Position numbers and translations under genes: made by a program
Assembly: GCA_023263045.1 (NCBI GenBank)
Contig: JALQXU010000001.1
Span: 307 to 32,604 of the forward strand
Source: Pontimonas sp.
GTDB lineage: Bacteria; Actinomycetota; Actinomycetes; Actinomycetales; Microbacteriaceae
Length of the DNA stretch: 32,298 nucleotides
Direction of reading: 5' to 3'
Notes under the pieces: generated by a model
Databases searched by the model: none
What the model saw: only the letters and a program-made list of their open reading frames with translations
What the model was told of the DNA's origin: nothing
In this document: positions 16,888-25,625 of the stretch, in pieces
How the letters are laid out: each line of letters begins with the position of its first letter
Position numbering within the stretch: position 1 is the stretch's first letter

Positions 16888-17507
16888 AGGTCCTGAACTC
16901 GGTTCTCAAGCGCCGTGTGATCATTTCGGGTGTACAGCCCGCAGCGCACCTGTGTGCAGTCCACGTTGTCATCGGCGCTCGAGGGAATCTCAATGTATGC
17001 CGTGAACTCTCCCGCTTGTCGGTCATCAAAACTCCGTGCCCCAAACAAACGCCAGGCCCAGTCATCATTGATCCAATTGGAGACTGCGTATTCGATCGCG
17101 CCCTCGTTGATGTCACCGTCTTCCTCAGTTCCCGGCACTCCGCCCAAGCACGGCCCGGGTCGCTGATCAGGAGTATCGGGAACTTTGCACACAGCCACAT
17201 AGATTCCGGTGGAAGGGTCATAACCAGAACCTGACACAACGATCCGGTCACCCGCCACGAGAGCCGACAGGTCTCTATTCTCACCGGAAGCGAAAACAGC
17301 CCTCAAGGTTCGCTCTCGACCATCATCCCCGGTGGCGGTCACCGTCATAGGAAACCCCTCGACATCGAGGGCCTGACCAGACGACCCTGCAGGGGAGCTT
17401 GTCAGAATCGGCACCACGATCCAGGACACCACGAGGGCCACGACAACGAGCAGGATGCCAGCCGCCCAGCCCCACCCGCGACGCACACGACGGGAGGGGG
17501 AGGCCAT
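16860..17507 (-). CDS. Membrane-anchored extracellular protein with a neocarzinostatin-apoprotein-like domain
   Basis: N-terminal RRVRR plus a transmembrane segment; VVSGSGYD..GIYVAVC, PCLGG, DCTQVRC, TRNDH...QDLYLPVAF; four cysteines. The CDS is solid but the domain call is from memory. Confidence 0.6.
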   Translation of the reverse strand: MASPSRRVRRGWGWAAGILLVVVALVVSWIVVPILTSSPAGSSGQALDVEGFPMTVTATGDDGRERTLRAVFASGENRDLSALVAGDRIVVSGSGYDPSTGIYVAVCKVPDTPDQRPGPCLGGVPGTEEDGDINEGAIEYAVSNWINDDWAWRLFGARSFDDRQAGEFTAYIEIPSSADDNVDCTQVRCGLYTRNDHTALENRVQDLYLPVAFDE

Positions 17508-17546
17508 GGGCTCAGTCTATTTCTGAGCAGAGAGTAGCCTTCACGT

Positions 17547-17924
17547 GTGCGTTTTCGAGAGGGGCTTGCGGTCGCCATCGGCGGGGCTGTAGGAACTCTT
17601 GCCCGAGTGGGAGCACTCGAAGCCACGGAGCACCTGCATTGGGGGGAGCTCCTCGCCACCTTCGTGGTCAATGCTCTCGGCGCCTTTGGCTTGGCTTTTG
17701 TCGCCAGTCGAGGCTTACCCGAGTTTGCTCCATGGGTGTACCAGGGTGTGACGGTGGGGTTCCTCGGCTCCTACACGACCTTCTCGGCCATTGCGCTCAT
17801 CACAACCTCTGAGTGGGGAGTGATCGGCATCGGCTACCTCGTCCTCACCCTCGTCATGGGTGTCGTGATGGTTCTGGCGGGACGTTGGCTCGGTCGCGCT
17901 TCTGGGAAGAAGGCGACGACATGA
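17547..17924 (+). CDS. crcB: Fluoride channel Fluc/CrcB family, subunit 1
   Basis: GGAVGTLAR, VVNALG, GFLGSYTTFS; four transmembrane segments. Confidence 0.88.
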   Translation: MRFREGLAVAIGGAVGTLARVGALEATEHLHWGELLATFVVNALGAFGLAFVASRGLPEFAPWVYQGVTVGFLGSYTTFSAIALITTSEWGVIGIGYLVLTLVMGVVMVLAGRWLGRASGKKATT

Positions 17925-18274
17925 CACCCCTCACCCTTCTCGCCACGGTATCCCTGGGAGCTCTCGGGGCTCTGCTTCGATGGTGGATTGGCCAACAACT
18001 CCCGAGCGCACCGTGGTGGTCGCTGGGGATTGTCAACGTGACGGGTTCAGCGGGAATAGGGGTGGTGGCAGCACTTCCCGAGACGGTGTGGACCTATCCG
18101 CTGATGGTTGGTTTAGCCGGTGCTCTGACGACGTTTTCCACACTGGCGCTCGTCATGACCCCCAGCACAACCGAGAAGCTCACCATCAGGGTGATCATGC
18201 CTCTCACTGCTCACGTGGTGCTGGGAATTCTCGCCTGTGCTGCAGGATTTGCCGGTGTTCAGGCTCTCCTCTGA
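17921..18274 (+). CDS. crcB: Fluoride channel Fluc/CrcB family, subunit 2
   Basis: GALGALLR, IVNVTGS, GLAGALTTFST. ATGA overlap with subunit 1 gives the start at 17921. Confidence 0.85.
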   Translation: MTPLTLLATVSLGALGALLRWWIGQQLPSAPWWSLGIVNVTGSAGIGVVAALPETVWTYPLMVGLAGALTTFSTLALVMTPSTTEKLTIRVIMPLTAHVVLGILACAAGFAGVQALL

Positions 18275-18381
18275 GTCCCGAAGCCACAAAGCTCTGCGTG
18301 ATAAACTCCGTGCAATCTCTCGCCCTGAGTCGGATTTTTCTGGGCGTGGTGCCCTCGTCGAAAGAAGCAAAGGGGTGACCC

Positions 18382-18555
18382 ATGGGTCGCGGTCGGCAAA
18401 AAGCAAAGCACACCAAAGTGGCGCGTGAACTGAAGTATTACTCGCCCGATACCGACCTGTCTCAGCTGGAGAAGGAGCTCGCTTCCTCCCAGAATGACGA
18501 TCAGTACGAAGACAAATGGGCGGACTACGACGACGCCGACGAGGAGTCCGCGTAG
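18382..18555 (+). CDS. DUF3073-family protein (Rv0810c-like)
   Basis: Below the ORF-track cutoff: MGRGRQKAKHTKVARELKYYSPDTDLSQLEKEL...DDADEESA (57 aa). Converges on purM, as in other actinobacteria. Confidence 0.9.
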   Translation: MGRGRQKAKHTKVARELKYYSPDTDLSQLEKELASSQNDDQYEDKWADYDDADEESA

Positions 18556-19646
18556 GTTCCGACGAGTCGGACAGCTCCGCCCTCAACACCTTTAGCGCTC
18601 GTGACACTGCCCTCTGTAGCGGTGGCTCCGGCCTTCTCCACAGCACCCACCTGCCAGGCGCGATGACCCGACTCCTGCAGTGACTGGATCACCGCAGGGG
18701 CATTCTGGCTATCGACTAGTGCCACCATGCCCACTCCCATGTTCCAGGTGTCTTCCACATGAGCAAGATCGAAGCCTCCGGCCTCGGCCAAGACCTGCAT
18801 GACAGCAGGCGGTGTCCACGTGGATCGATCGATATCGACGGCCATTCCCGGAGGAAGAACACGAGAAAGATTCTGGGCGAGCCCTCCGCCAGTGACATGG
18901 CTCAACATGTGAAGCGCACCGGGGTGGGCATCGAGAAGCGTCAACATGGCTGAGGTGTAAAGCATCGTGGGCTCGAGAAGCTCGAGTCCTAATTCCCGGG
19001 AAAACTCTGGCCTAGTGGCGTGAAGATCCCAGCCTTGATCAGCCACAATCTTGCGCACCAAGGAGAAGCCGTTACTGTGCAGGCCACTCGAGGCCACCGC
19101 GATAACCACATCACCTGCCTGCACTCGGCTGGGGTCGAGCATGTCATCAGACTCCACGACTCCCGTTGCAGCGCCAGCAACGTCATAGTCATCGACACCT
19201 AGAAGCCCTGGGTGTTCGGCAGTCTCGCCACCGACGAGGGAGACCCCGCAACTCGATGCAGCCTCGGCAATCCCTCGAACGATGTCGGCAATCCGATCCG
19301 GGACAACACGACCACACGCAATGTAATCGGTCATGAATAAGGGAGTTGCGCCCACGACCACGATGTCATCGACCACCATGCCAACCAGGTCCCACCCGAT
19401 GGTGTCATGGACGTCCATGGCCTGAGCGATCGCAACTTTCGTTCCCACTCCATCAGTGGAGGTGGCAAGAATGGGATGGCGATAGGACGAGAGAAATGAC
19501 GCGTCATACAGACCGGCAAAGCCGCCAACACCGCCGATCACTCGAGACGAATGGCTGGCCAAGACCGCGGATTTCATGAGCTCTACCGCTTTGTCCCCAG
19601 CAGACGTGTCCACTCCGCTTGACTGATAGGGAGAGGGCTCTGTCAC
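18525..19646 (-). CDS. purM: Phosphoribosylformylglycinamidine cyclo-ligase (AIR synthetase)
   Basis: GGFAGL, STDGVGTK, GGETAEHPG, SSGLHSNG, HVTGGG, NMGVGM. TAGACT 6 nt upstream favours GTG 19646 over ATG 19652. Confidence 0.96.
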   Translation of the reverse strand: MTEPSPYQSSGVDTSAGDKAVELMKSAVLASHSSRVIGGVGGFAGLYDASFLSSYRHPILATSTDGVGTKVAIAQAMDVHDTIGWDLVGMVVDDIVVVGATPLFMTDYIACGRVVPDRIADIVRGIAEAASSCGVSLVGGETAEHPGLLGVDDYDVAGAATGVVESDDMLDPSRVQAGDVVIAVASSGLHSNGFSLVRKIVADQGWDLHATRPEFSRELGLELLEPTMLYTSAMLTLLDAHPGALHMLSHVTGGGLAQNLSRVLPPGMAVDIDRSTWTPPAVMQVLAEAGGFDLAHVEDTWNMGVGMVALVDSQNAPAVIQSLQESGHRAWQVGAVEKAGATATEGSVTSAKGVEGGAVRLVGTYADSSSASS

Positions 19647-19726
19647 CCCCATAGTCTATGGGAGTGCTCTCTAGCGCTTGTGGAAAACTTTGACGCCCGA
19701 GTGCGCGACACTTTTAGCCTTCGAGG

Positions 19727-21274
19727 ATGACCCACCAGAGCTCTCCCCGACGACCCGTATTCTCTGCCACCACCTCGTGGGTGGGGATAGTTCTGTTGGG
19801 CGCCGGACTCACTCAAGTAGCCCTACCTGCATCAGAGGCCACTGCGCCTGGGCCCCAAACGGCAAGCATCGAATACAGCGGTATTGACAACTCCTATGGA
19901 GTTCTCAGTGGTGGGCGACAGCGAGATTTCACCACAGGGCTCTATGGCTGGCAGGGCGCAGCCTTCGCCTCACTGGGAATGATGGGAATCGAATGGACCA
20001 CCGCAATGGGTACCGAGGCCAGGCTCGATTTCTCTCCAGACTCCGGAACCGCTTCACCTTCACCGGGCGGTGACTCATCATGGACGGCGCCTGGCTACCT
20101 CAGCGCCAATCCCAACAATCTGATTTACACCAACAACACCATCAGCATCAGCGGAAACCAGGCCCGCTTTTCTCAGCGGCACCGCTCCCTCTCTGACGAG
20201 TCAGCAATCAATCGACGGCTGTATTGGGTGGCTGAGCTGGCACAGGGCTATGACCCTGTCTTCAGCGGAGCGGGATCTTCCACCCTGCTCATCTCGGATA
20301 GCTCAGGGGCGCACCCAACCATCATCATCCACGTCACCAGTGAGGCCGGATCACCCGTCTTCGCTGGGAGCACCTCGATGTACACCCCGCTGGTCGATGG
20401 AGATACTTCTCCGACTCTGTACCTAGCACCCGGAGATGCGACCGATTTCACTATGGAAATCACGGTCGGCATCGTGGATGCTGACCCCTGCTCGGCAAGC
20501 GCCGCAACAACGTTCGCTGCCACCCAAGCGGGGTTCTTCGGCCAGGTGTGGGACAGCCTGGCATCGTGTGCGCAACCCGCTTCCTGGAGTGTCACTGCAG
20601 ATGGGGAGGCTTCCGAGCCACTGCCTCTCACCTTCCAATCTCCTTACCAAGAACCGGTGGCACCGGTCACACGGACGCTCACCGTGTCCGGGCTACCTGA
20701 GGGTGTGGAGTGGGAACGTCTAGACGATGAGGGGAGCGCTCTGCGTGTGTCCCTCACCACTCCCACAACCCTGGAGCCTGGAGAGTATTCACTGACCTGG
20801 TCGTCGAAGGACCAACGAGACGAGGGTGGGGTCCTCACCAGCTCGAGGGCCTCCGCTTCTACCGCGACTCTGACGGTTCTGGCGACTCCCCCGCCTCCTC
20901 CCGCCCCGGTGGAGGTGTCCTCCTCCCCTTCGCCACCTCCTTCGTCGAGCTCAGTTCCGGTGTCCGAAGTCGACGTCCCCATCGTCATATCTGAGGCTCC
21001 AAACCCAGAACCTGCCGATGCCGACCCCGAACCCCTGACAGAGGTTCCCTCCCCTGTTGAACCCGAACCAGAGTTATCGCTCCCTCGAGTGATCGACCGA
21101 GAACCACGGAGCGTCGATGAACCCAGTGTGGTCATTCCAGAACCTTTGGGTGCTGGAGTGTGGCTGGGAATCGGCACGGGAGTGCTGGCTAGTGGCGGAA
21201 TTGTGGCGGCGATTCGACGTCGATTCTCGAGGCGCCGCAGGGCTTCCGAGGGGGGCGAGACCCGTATCGACTGA
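19727..21274 (+). CDS. Secreted or surface protein with Pro/Glu-rich linker and C-terminal membrane anchor, hypothetical
   Basis: Signal-peptide-like N-terminus, Ser/Thr/Gly-rich body, PPPPP/PEP linker, then IPEP, a transmembrane segment and an RRRFSRRRR tail. Confidence 0.8.
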   Translation: MTHQSSPRRPVFSATTSWVGIVLLGAGLTQVALPASEATAPGPQTASIEYSGIDNSYGVLSGGRQRDFTTGLYGWQGAAFASLGMMGIEWTTAMGTEARLDFSPDSGTASPSPGGDSSWTAPGYLSANPNNLIYTNNTISISGNQARFSQRHRSLSDESAINRRLYWVAELAQGYDPVFSGAGSSTLLISDSSGAHPTIIIHVTSEAGSPVFAGSTSMYTPLVDGDTSPTLYLAPGDATDFTMEITVGIVDADPCSASAATTFAATQAGFFGQVWDSLASCAQPASWSVTADGEASEPLPLTFQSPYQEPVAPVTRTLTVSGLPEGVEWERLDDEGSALRVSLTTPTTLEPGEYSLTWSSKDQRDEGGVLTSSRASASTATLTVLATPPPPPAPVEVSSSPSPPPSSSSVPVSEVDVPIVISEAPNPEPADADPEPLTEVPSPVEPEPELSLPRVIDREPRSVDEPSVVIPEPLGAGVWLGIGTGVLASGGIVAAIRRRFSRRRRASEGGETRID

Positions 21275-21338
21275 CCGCGTGATTGCCCGATAGGCTTGCC
21301 TCATCATCGGCTGCAAGATGAGGAGATGACCCCCGTCA

Positions 21339-22796
21339 ATGTGTGGGATCGTGGGCATTGTTTCGTCGTCACCCGTCAATCAACAGGTGTATGACGCTCT
21401 GGCTCTCTTGCAGCACCGCGGTCAGGATTCAACCGGTATCGCGACCTCGGACGAGAGCACCCTCCATATCCATAAGTCCAAGGGTCAAGTCCGCGAGGGC
21501 TATCGGACCCGAGATATGCGCGCGTTACTGGGGACCATCGGTCTTGGTCACGTCCGCTACGCAACGCGGGGCAACGCGAAAAAGGAACAGGAAGCCCAAC
21601 CTTTTTATGTGAACGCTCCCTATGGAATCGTTCTCGTCCACAACGGAAATCTCACCAATACCCGTGAGCTAGCCCAGGAGTTGGCGGATCGTGATCGTCG
21701 CCACCTCAACACCACCTCCGATACGGAGATGCTCGTCAATGTGTTGGCCAGCGAGTTGCAGTCCGCTGATTCTGGAACGTCGTTTACCCCGGAGACCGCG
21801 TTCGAGGCGGTGAGAGCCGTGCACGCTCGCGTGGAAGGCTCCTATGCGGCTATCGCAGTCATTGCCGGTCACGGAGTCCTCGCCTTCCGCGACCCTTTCG
21901 GCATTCGTCCCCTCATTCTGGGGCGGAGGCAAGCCGGGCTGGTCGGGGACGAATGGATTGTCGCAAGCGAATCCCTCGTGCTGGAAGCGTCCGGGTATGA
22001 GATTGTCCGGGATATTGAACCGGGTGAAGCAGTGTTCATCTCTCGGGATGGAACCCTGCACTCGAAGCAGTGTGCCGAGAATCCTCGACTAGTGCCCTGC
22101 TCCTTCGAGTATGTGTACCTCGCTCGACCAGACTCGATCATGAACGGCATCTCTGTCTACGAGGCCAGGTTGCGTTTGGGCGACAAGCTCGCCGACACCA
22201 TTGCTCGTTACGCGCCTACCGACGACATCGATGTGGTCATGCCGATTCCCGATTCCGCTCGACCGGCCGCCATGCAGGTCGCACGAAAGCTGGGCATTGA
22301 GTACCGGGAAGGCTTCTATAAGAACAAATACATAGGGCGAACGTTCATCATGCCGGGGCAAGCCCATCGCACAAAGAGCGTTCGACAGAAACTCAACGCT
22401 ATGTCGAGCGAGTTCGCCGGGAAGAACGTCCTCATCGTGGATGACTCCATTGTTCGAGGAACCACCTCCCGAGAGATCGTGGAAATGGCTCGGGAAGCAG
22501 GAGCAAAAAGTGTCACCTTCACCTCCGCAGCGCCACCAGTGCGGTTCCCTCACGTCTATGGAATCAATATGCCCAACAAGGGTGAGTTGGTCGCCTCAGG
22601 TCGCTCGATTCCCGAGATTGCTCTCGAGATTGGCGCGGACCACCTCATCTATCAAGAAGTTGAGGACATGAGAGACGCCATCATCGAGGGCTCGGGCGTC
22701 ACCGAACTCGACATGAGCTGCTTCACCGGCGAGTACGTCACCGGCACGGTCAGCGATGAGTACCTCGCTTGGGTGGAAACCAACCAGGCGAGCTAG
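21339..22796 (+). CDS. purF: Amidophosphoribosyltransferase
   Basis: MCGIVG (N-terminal catalytic Cys), QHRGQD, GHVRY, HNGNL, DDSIVRGTTS. Confidence 0.97.
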   Translation: MCGIVGIVSSSPVNQQVYDALALLQHRGQDSTGIATSDESTLHIHKSKGQVREGYRTRDMRALLGTIGLGHVRYATRGNAKKEQEAQPFYVNAPYGIVLVHNGNLTNTRELAQELADRDRRHLNTTSDTEMLVNVLASELQSADSGTSFTPETAFEAVRAVHARVEGSYAAIAVIAGHGVLAFRDPFGIRPLILGRRQAGLVGDEWIVASESLVLEASGYEIVRDIEPGEAVFISRDGTLHSKQCAENPRLVPCSFEYVYLARPDSIMNGISVYEARLRLGDKLADTIARYAPTDDIDVVMPIPDSARPAAMQVARKLGIEYREGFYKNKYIGRTFIMPGQAHRTKSVRQKLNAMSSEFAGKNVLIVDDSIVRGTTSREIVEMAREAGAKSVTFTSAAPPVRFPHVYGINMPNKGELVASGRSIPEIALEIGADHLIYQEVEDMRDAIIEGSGVTELDMSCFTGEYVTGTVSDEYLAWVETNQAS

Positions 22797-23086
22797 TCCC
22801 CTGGGGCGTTGTTTCGCGCCATGACGGCGTCGGTCGCTTTTTTCTTCGACCGCAGGTCGAGAATCAGCCACAGGACAATCCCCAGCGCTATCGAACCCGT
22901 GATGCCATAGAGCGAGAAGTAAGCAAAAAGGGTGGCAAAGCCCAGGGACGGGTCTGCGTCATACAGACTCGTGAGGATTAGGGTGCCGACAAATCCCACC
23001 AAGCCAAAAACGACCACGAACGCAGAAAGACGAGGCGAACGACGAATCGACACCTTTTGCTGACTTGCAGGTCTCTTCCCGGGCAT
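22793..23086 (-). CDS. Small two-transmembrane hypothetical protein
   Basis: IRRSPR followed by two hydrophobic helices and a basic tail. TAGCCT lies 6 nt upstream of the ATG. Confidence 0.75.
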   Translation of the reverse strand: MPGKRPASQQKVSIRRSPRLSAFVVVFGLVGFVGTLILTSLYDADPSLGFATLFAYFSLYGITGSIALGIVLWLILDLRSKKKATDAVMARNNAPGD

Positions 23087-23090
23087 TGCC

Positions 23091-23453
23091 TCAGGCTAGC
23101 TCCCCAAGCGGTAACCATCCTGTGAGATTCGAGCGCTCACCCGATGCGTGAATCGCACCCTCGGCAAGGGCGTCATCAAATAATCGTGCCCCTGTGGCCA
23201 CACTCAGCCACACGTCGGGCGTCATTTCCACTACCGCGGGTGGTGTACCCCTGGTGTGAGAAGGTCCCTCGATTGCTTGGACCGCGCCCCACGGGGGAAC
23301 CCGAACCTCGACACTCGAGCCAGGGGCTTTCTGTCGCAGAAGCTGGAGCGTGTAACGGACAGCCATCGCCTCGTCGTCAGGCTGGGGATTACCGTCCCGC
23401 CAGCGCTGGACCGCCTCCCGGCCCGCGTCGTCCGGTATCCGTCGAGGCGCCAC
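23091..23453 (-). CDS. Sterol-carrier (bacterial SCP ortholog) family protein
   Basis: APGSSVEVRVPPWGAVQAIEGPSHTRGTPPAVVEM, ASGERS. GTG 23453 avoids overlap with purD. Confidence 0.85.
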   Translation of the reverse strand: MAPRRIPDDAGREAVQRWRDGNPQPDDEAMAVRYTLQLLRQKAPGSSVEVRVPPWGAVQAIEGPSHTRGTPPAVVEMTPDVWLSVATGARLFDDALAEGAIHASGERSNLTGWLPLGELA

Positions 23454-23493
23454 GAACAACACGCTAGCAACGTCGCGCGGGTAGGGTAAGCGC

Positions 23494-24744
23494 GTGAAGA
23501 TTTTGGTCCTCGGTGCGGGTGCCAGGGAGCACACCATCATTCAGGCGCTCCGTCGTGACCCCGAAAAACACGAGATTTTGGCAGCGCCCGGAAACGCTGG
23601 AATCTCCGCCGACGCCGAAATTGTGGCGCTCAATCCGTCGAATCCAAAGGTCGTGACAGAGTTCGCGGCGACCTCTGACGTTGATCTCGTCATCATCGGC
23701 CCCGAAGCTCCGCTTGTTGCCGGTGTGGCAAATGCTCTCAGGAAAGCCGGGGTCGCCGTCTTCGGTCCAGATAAAGAAGCAGCTGCCATCGAGGGGTCGA
23801 AAGCTTTCGCCAAAGACGTCATGGCTGCTGCCAACGTTCCCACCGGAAAAGCCTGGACCGTCTCTACCCAGAAAGAACTCAAGGATGCGCTCAAGCAATC
23901 CGGCACTCCCTACGTCGTCAAGGCGGATGGCCTGGCCGCGGGCAAAGGGGTGCTGGTCACTGAGGACCTCGACGCCGCTATCGAGCACGCCACGTTCTAT
24001 CTCCAACACGGCGAAGTGCTTGTCGAGGAGTTCCTCCAAGGCCCCGAGGTGTCTCTGTTCTTTGTGAGTGACGGGCGCCGCATTGTTCCTCTCAGCCCGG
24101 CTCAGGATTACAAGCGGGCCTATGACGACGACGAGGGCCCCAACACCGGAGGCATGGGTGCTTACTCTCCGCTGCCCTGGCTCGATTCGAACTTCGTCGA
24201 CACCGTGACCGCCACGATCGCCCAACCCGTGATCGATGAACTTGCTGGTCGAGGAACCCCTTTCATCGGTCTTCTTTACTGCGGGCTGATCGTAACCGAC
24301 GAGGGAACCAAGGTCATTGAATTCAACGCCCGCTTTGGTGATCCAGAAACCCAAGTCGTCCTTGCCCGTCTCGAATCACCCCTAGCTCCACTTCTCTATG
24401 CCGCCGCCACCGAAGTGTTGGAGAGTGTGGAGCCGCCACGCTTTAGCGAACAGTGCGCATTGACAGTAGTGTTGGCGAGCGAGGGATATCCCGAGAATCC
24501 CGTCACGGGTCGAGAAATTCATGGTCTAGACACTGTCGCTGGAGACTCGCAGGTCACTATCGCCCACGCCGCAACAGCGTGGGACGGGTCAGACCTTCTC
24601 GCCACGGGCGGTCGGGTGCTGAGCATCATTGCGACGGGACCCTCTTTTGACGCAGCCAGAGACTCGGCCTATGGAGCACTAGACAAGATTTCCTTGGAAG
24701 GCTCTCACTATCGCCGGGATATTGCCCTGCGCATGGTGTCATGA
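23494..24744 (+). CDS. purD: Phosphoribosylamine--glycine ligase
   Basis: [52 protein letters not shown]. Confidence 0.97.
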   Translation: MKILVLGAGAREHTIIQALRRDPEKHEILAAPGNAGISADAEIVALNPSNPKVVTEFAATSDVDLVIIGPEAPLVAGVANALRKAGVAVFGPDKEAAAIEGSKAFAKDVMAAANVPTGKAWTVSTQKELKDALKQSGTPYVVKADGLAAGKGVLVTEDLDAAIEHATFYLQHGEVLVEEFLQGPEVSLFFVSDGRRIVPLSPAQDYKRAYDDDEGPNTGGMGAYSPLPWLDSNFVDTVTATIAQPVIDELAGRGTPFIGLLYCGLIVTDEGTKVIEFNARFGDPETQVVLARLESPLAPLLYAAATEVLESVEPPRFSEQCALTVVLASEGYPENPVTGREIHGLDTVAGDSQVTIAHAATAWDGSDLLATGGRVLSIIATGPSFDAARDSAYGALDKISLEGSHYRRDIALRMVS

Positions 24745-25625
24745 CCGAGCTTGCAGGGTGGAAACCGGTCTACTCGGGCAAGGTCCGAGAACTTTATATT
24801 CCACAATCGGCATCTAGAGTTTCAGAAGCCGACAAGCTCCTGATTGTTGCGACCGATCGAGTGAGCGCTTTCGATCACATTTTGCGCCCCGAGATTCCCG
24901 GCAAAGGAGCCGTTCTCACGGCACTCTCGAAGTGGTGGTTTGCCCAATTCCCCGATGTTCCCCACCACCTGCGAGACGAAGAACCTCCCGCTGAGGTTGC
25001 AGAGCGCTCCATGGTTGTGGAACCACTGGACATGTTCCCGGTGGAGTGTGTAGTCCGCGGCTACTTGGCGGGTAGTGGTTGGAAGGAATACCAAGCAACC
25101 TCCAGCGTGTGCGGTATTGCGCTGCCGGGTGGTCTATCGGAAGGAGATGAGCTCCCTGAACCTCTGTTCACTCCCGCGACAAAGGCGGCAGTGGGTGACC
25201 ACGATGAGAACATCTCTTTCGAGGACATGGCCGGCCTGATCGGAGTCGATGATGCTACTGCGCTGCGAGAACTCAGTCTGAGTCTCTATTCCCGAGCGAG
25301 TGCCGTGGCGAAGAGTCGCGGTGTGATCCTCGCGGACACAAAATTCGAGTTTGGACGCCACCGAGACACCGGTGTAATCACCATCGCCGATGAAGTCTTG
25401 ACCTCGGATAGCAGTCGCTACTGGGATGGGGAGTTATATTCCCGAGGTGGAATAAATCGTCTCGATAGTTTTGACAAGCAACTCATTCGAAACTGGCTTT
25501 CGGACAATTGGGATCAGGCGGGAAGCCCGCCTGAGTTGCCGGCGGACTTAGTTACCCACACGATGAACCGCTACCGAGAGCTTTTTCAGCGTCTTACCGG
25601 GAAGCCTTTCCATACTGAACCCTGA
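24741..25625 (+). CDS. purC: SAICAR synthetase
   Basis: [46 protein letters not shown]. Confidence 0.97.
   Translation: MTELAGWKPVYSGKVRELYIPQSASRVSEADKLLIVATDRVSAFDHILRPEIPGKGAVLTALSKWWFAQFPDVPHHLRDEEPPAEVAERSMVVEPLDMFPVECVVRGYLAGSGWKEYQATSSVCGIALPGGLSEGDELPEPLFTPATKAAVGDHDENISFEDMAGLIGVDDATALRELSLSLYSRASAVAKSRGVILADTKFEFGRHRDTGVITIADEVLTSDSSRYWDGELYSRGGINRLDSFDKQLIRNWLSDNWDQAGSPPELPADLVTHTMNRYRELFQRLTGKPFHTEP

Noticed and set aside
17508-17546. Fluoride riboswitch upstream of crcB
   Set aside because: The gap is only 39 bp, there is no GGCGATGG-like core, and the gene looks leaderless. The GCTCAG/CTGAGC repeat lies in promoter DNA.
20880-21140. C-rich low-complexity stretch as a DNA repeat or array
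   Set aside because: Explained by the Pro/Ser/Glu linker of the 19727..21274 protein; it has no fixed period.
21275-21338. Purine or ZTP riboswitch before purF (also checked before purS, 26411-26458)
   Set aside because: The leaders are too short and lack the ZTP or guanine aptamer consensus. The CCTCATC/GATGAGG stem would be partly upstream of the predicted start site.
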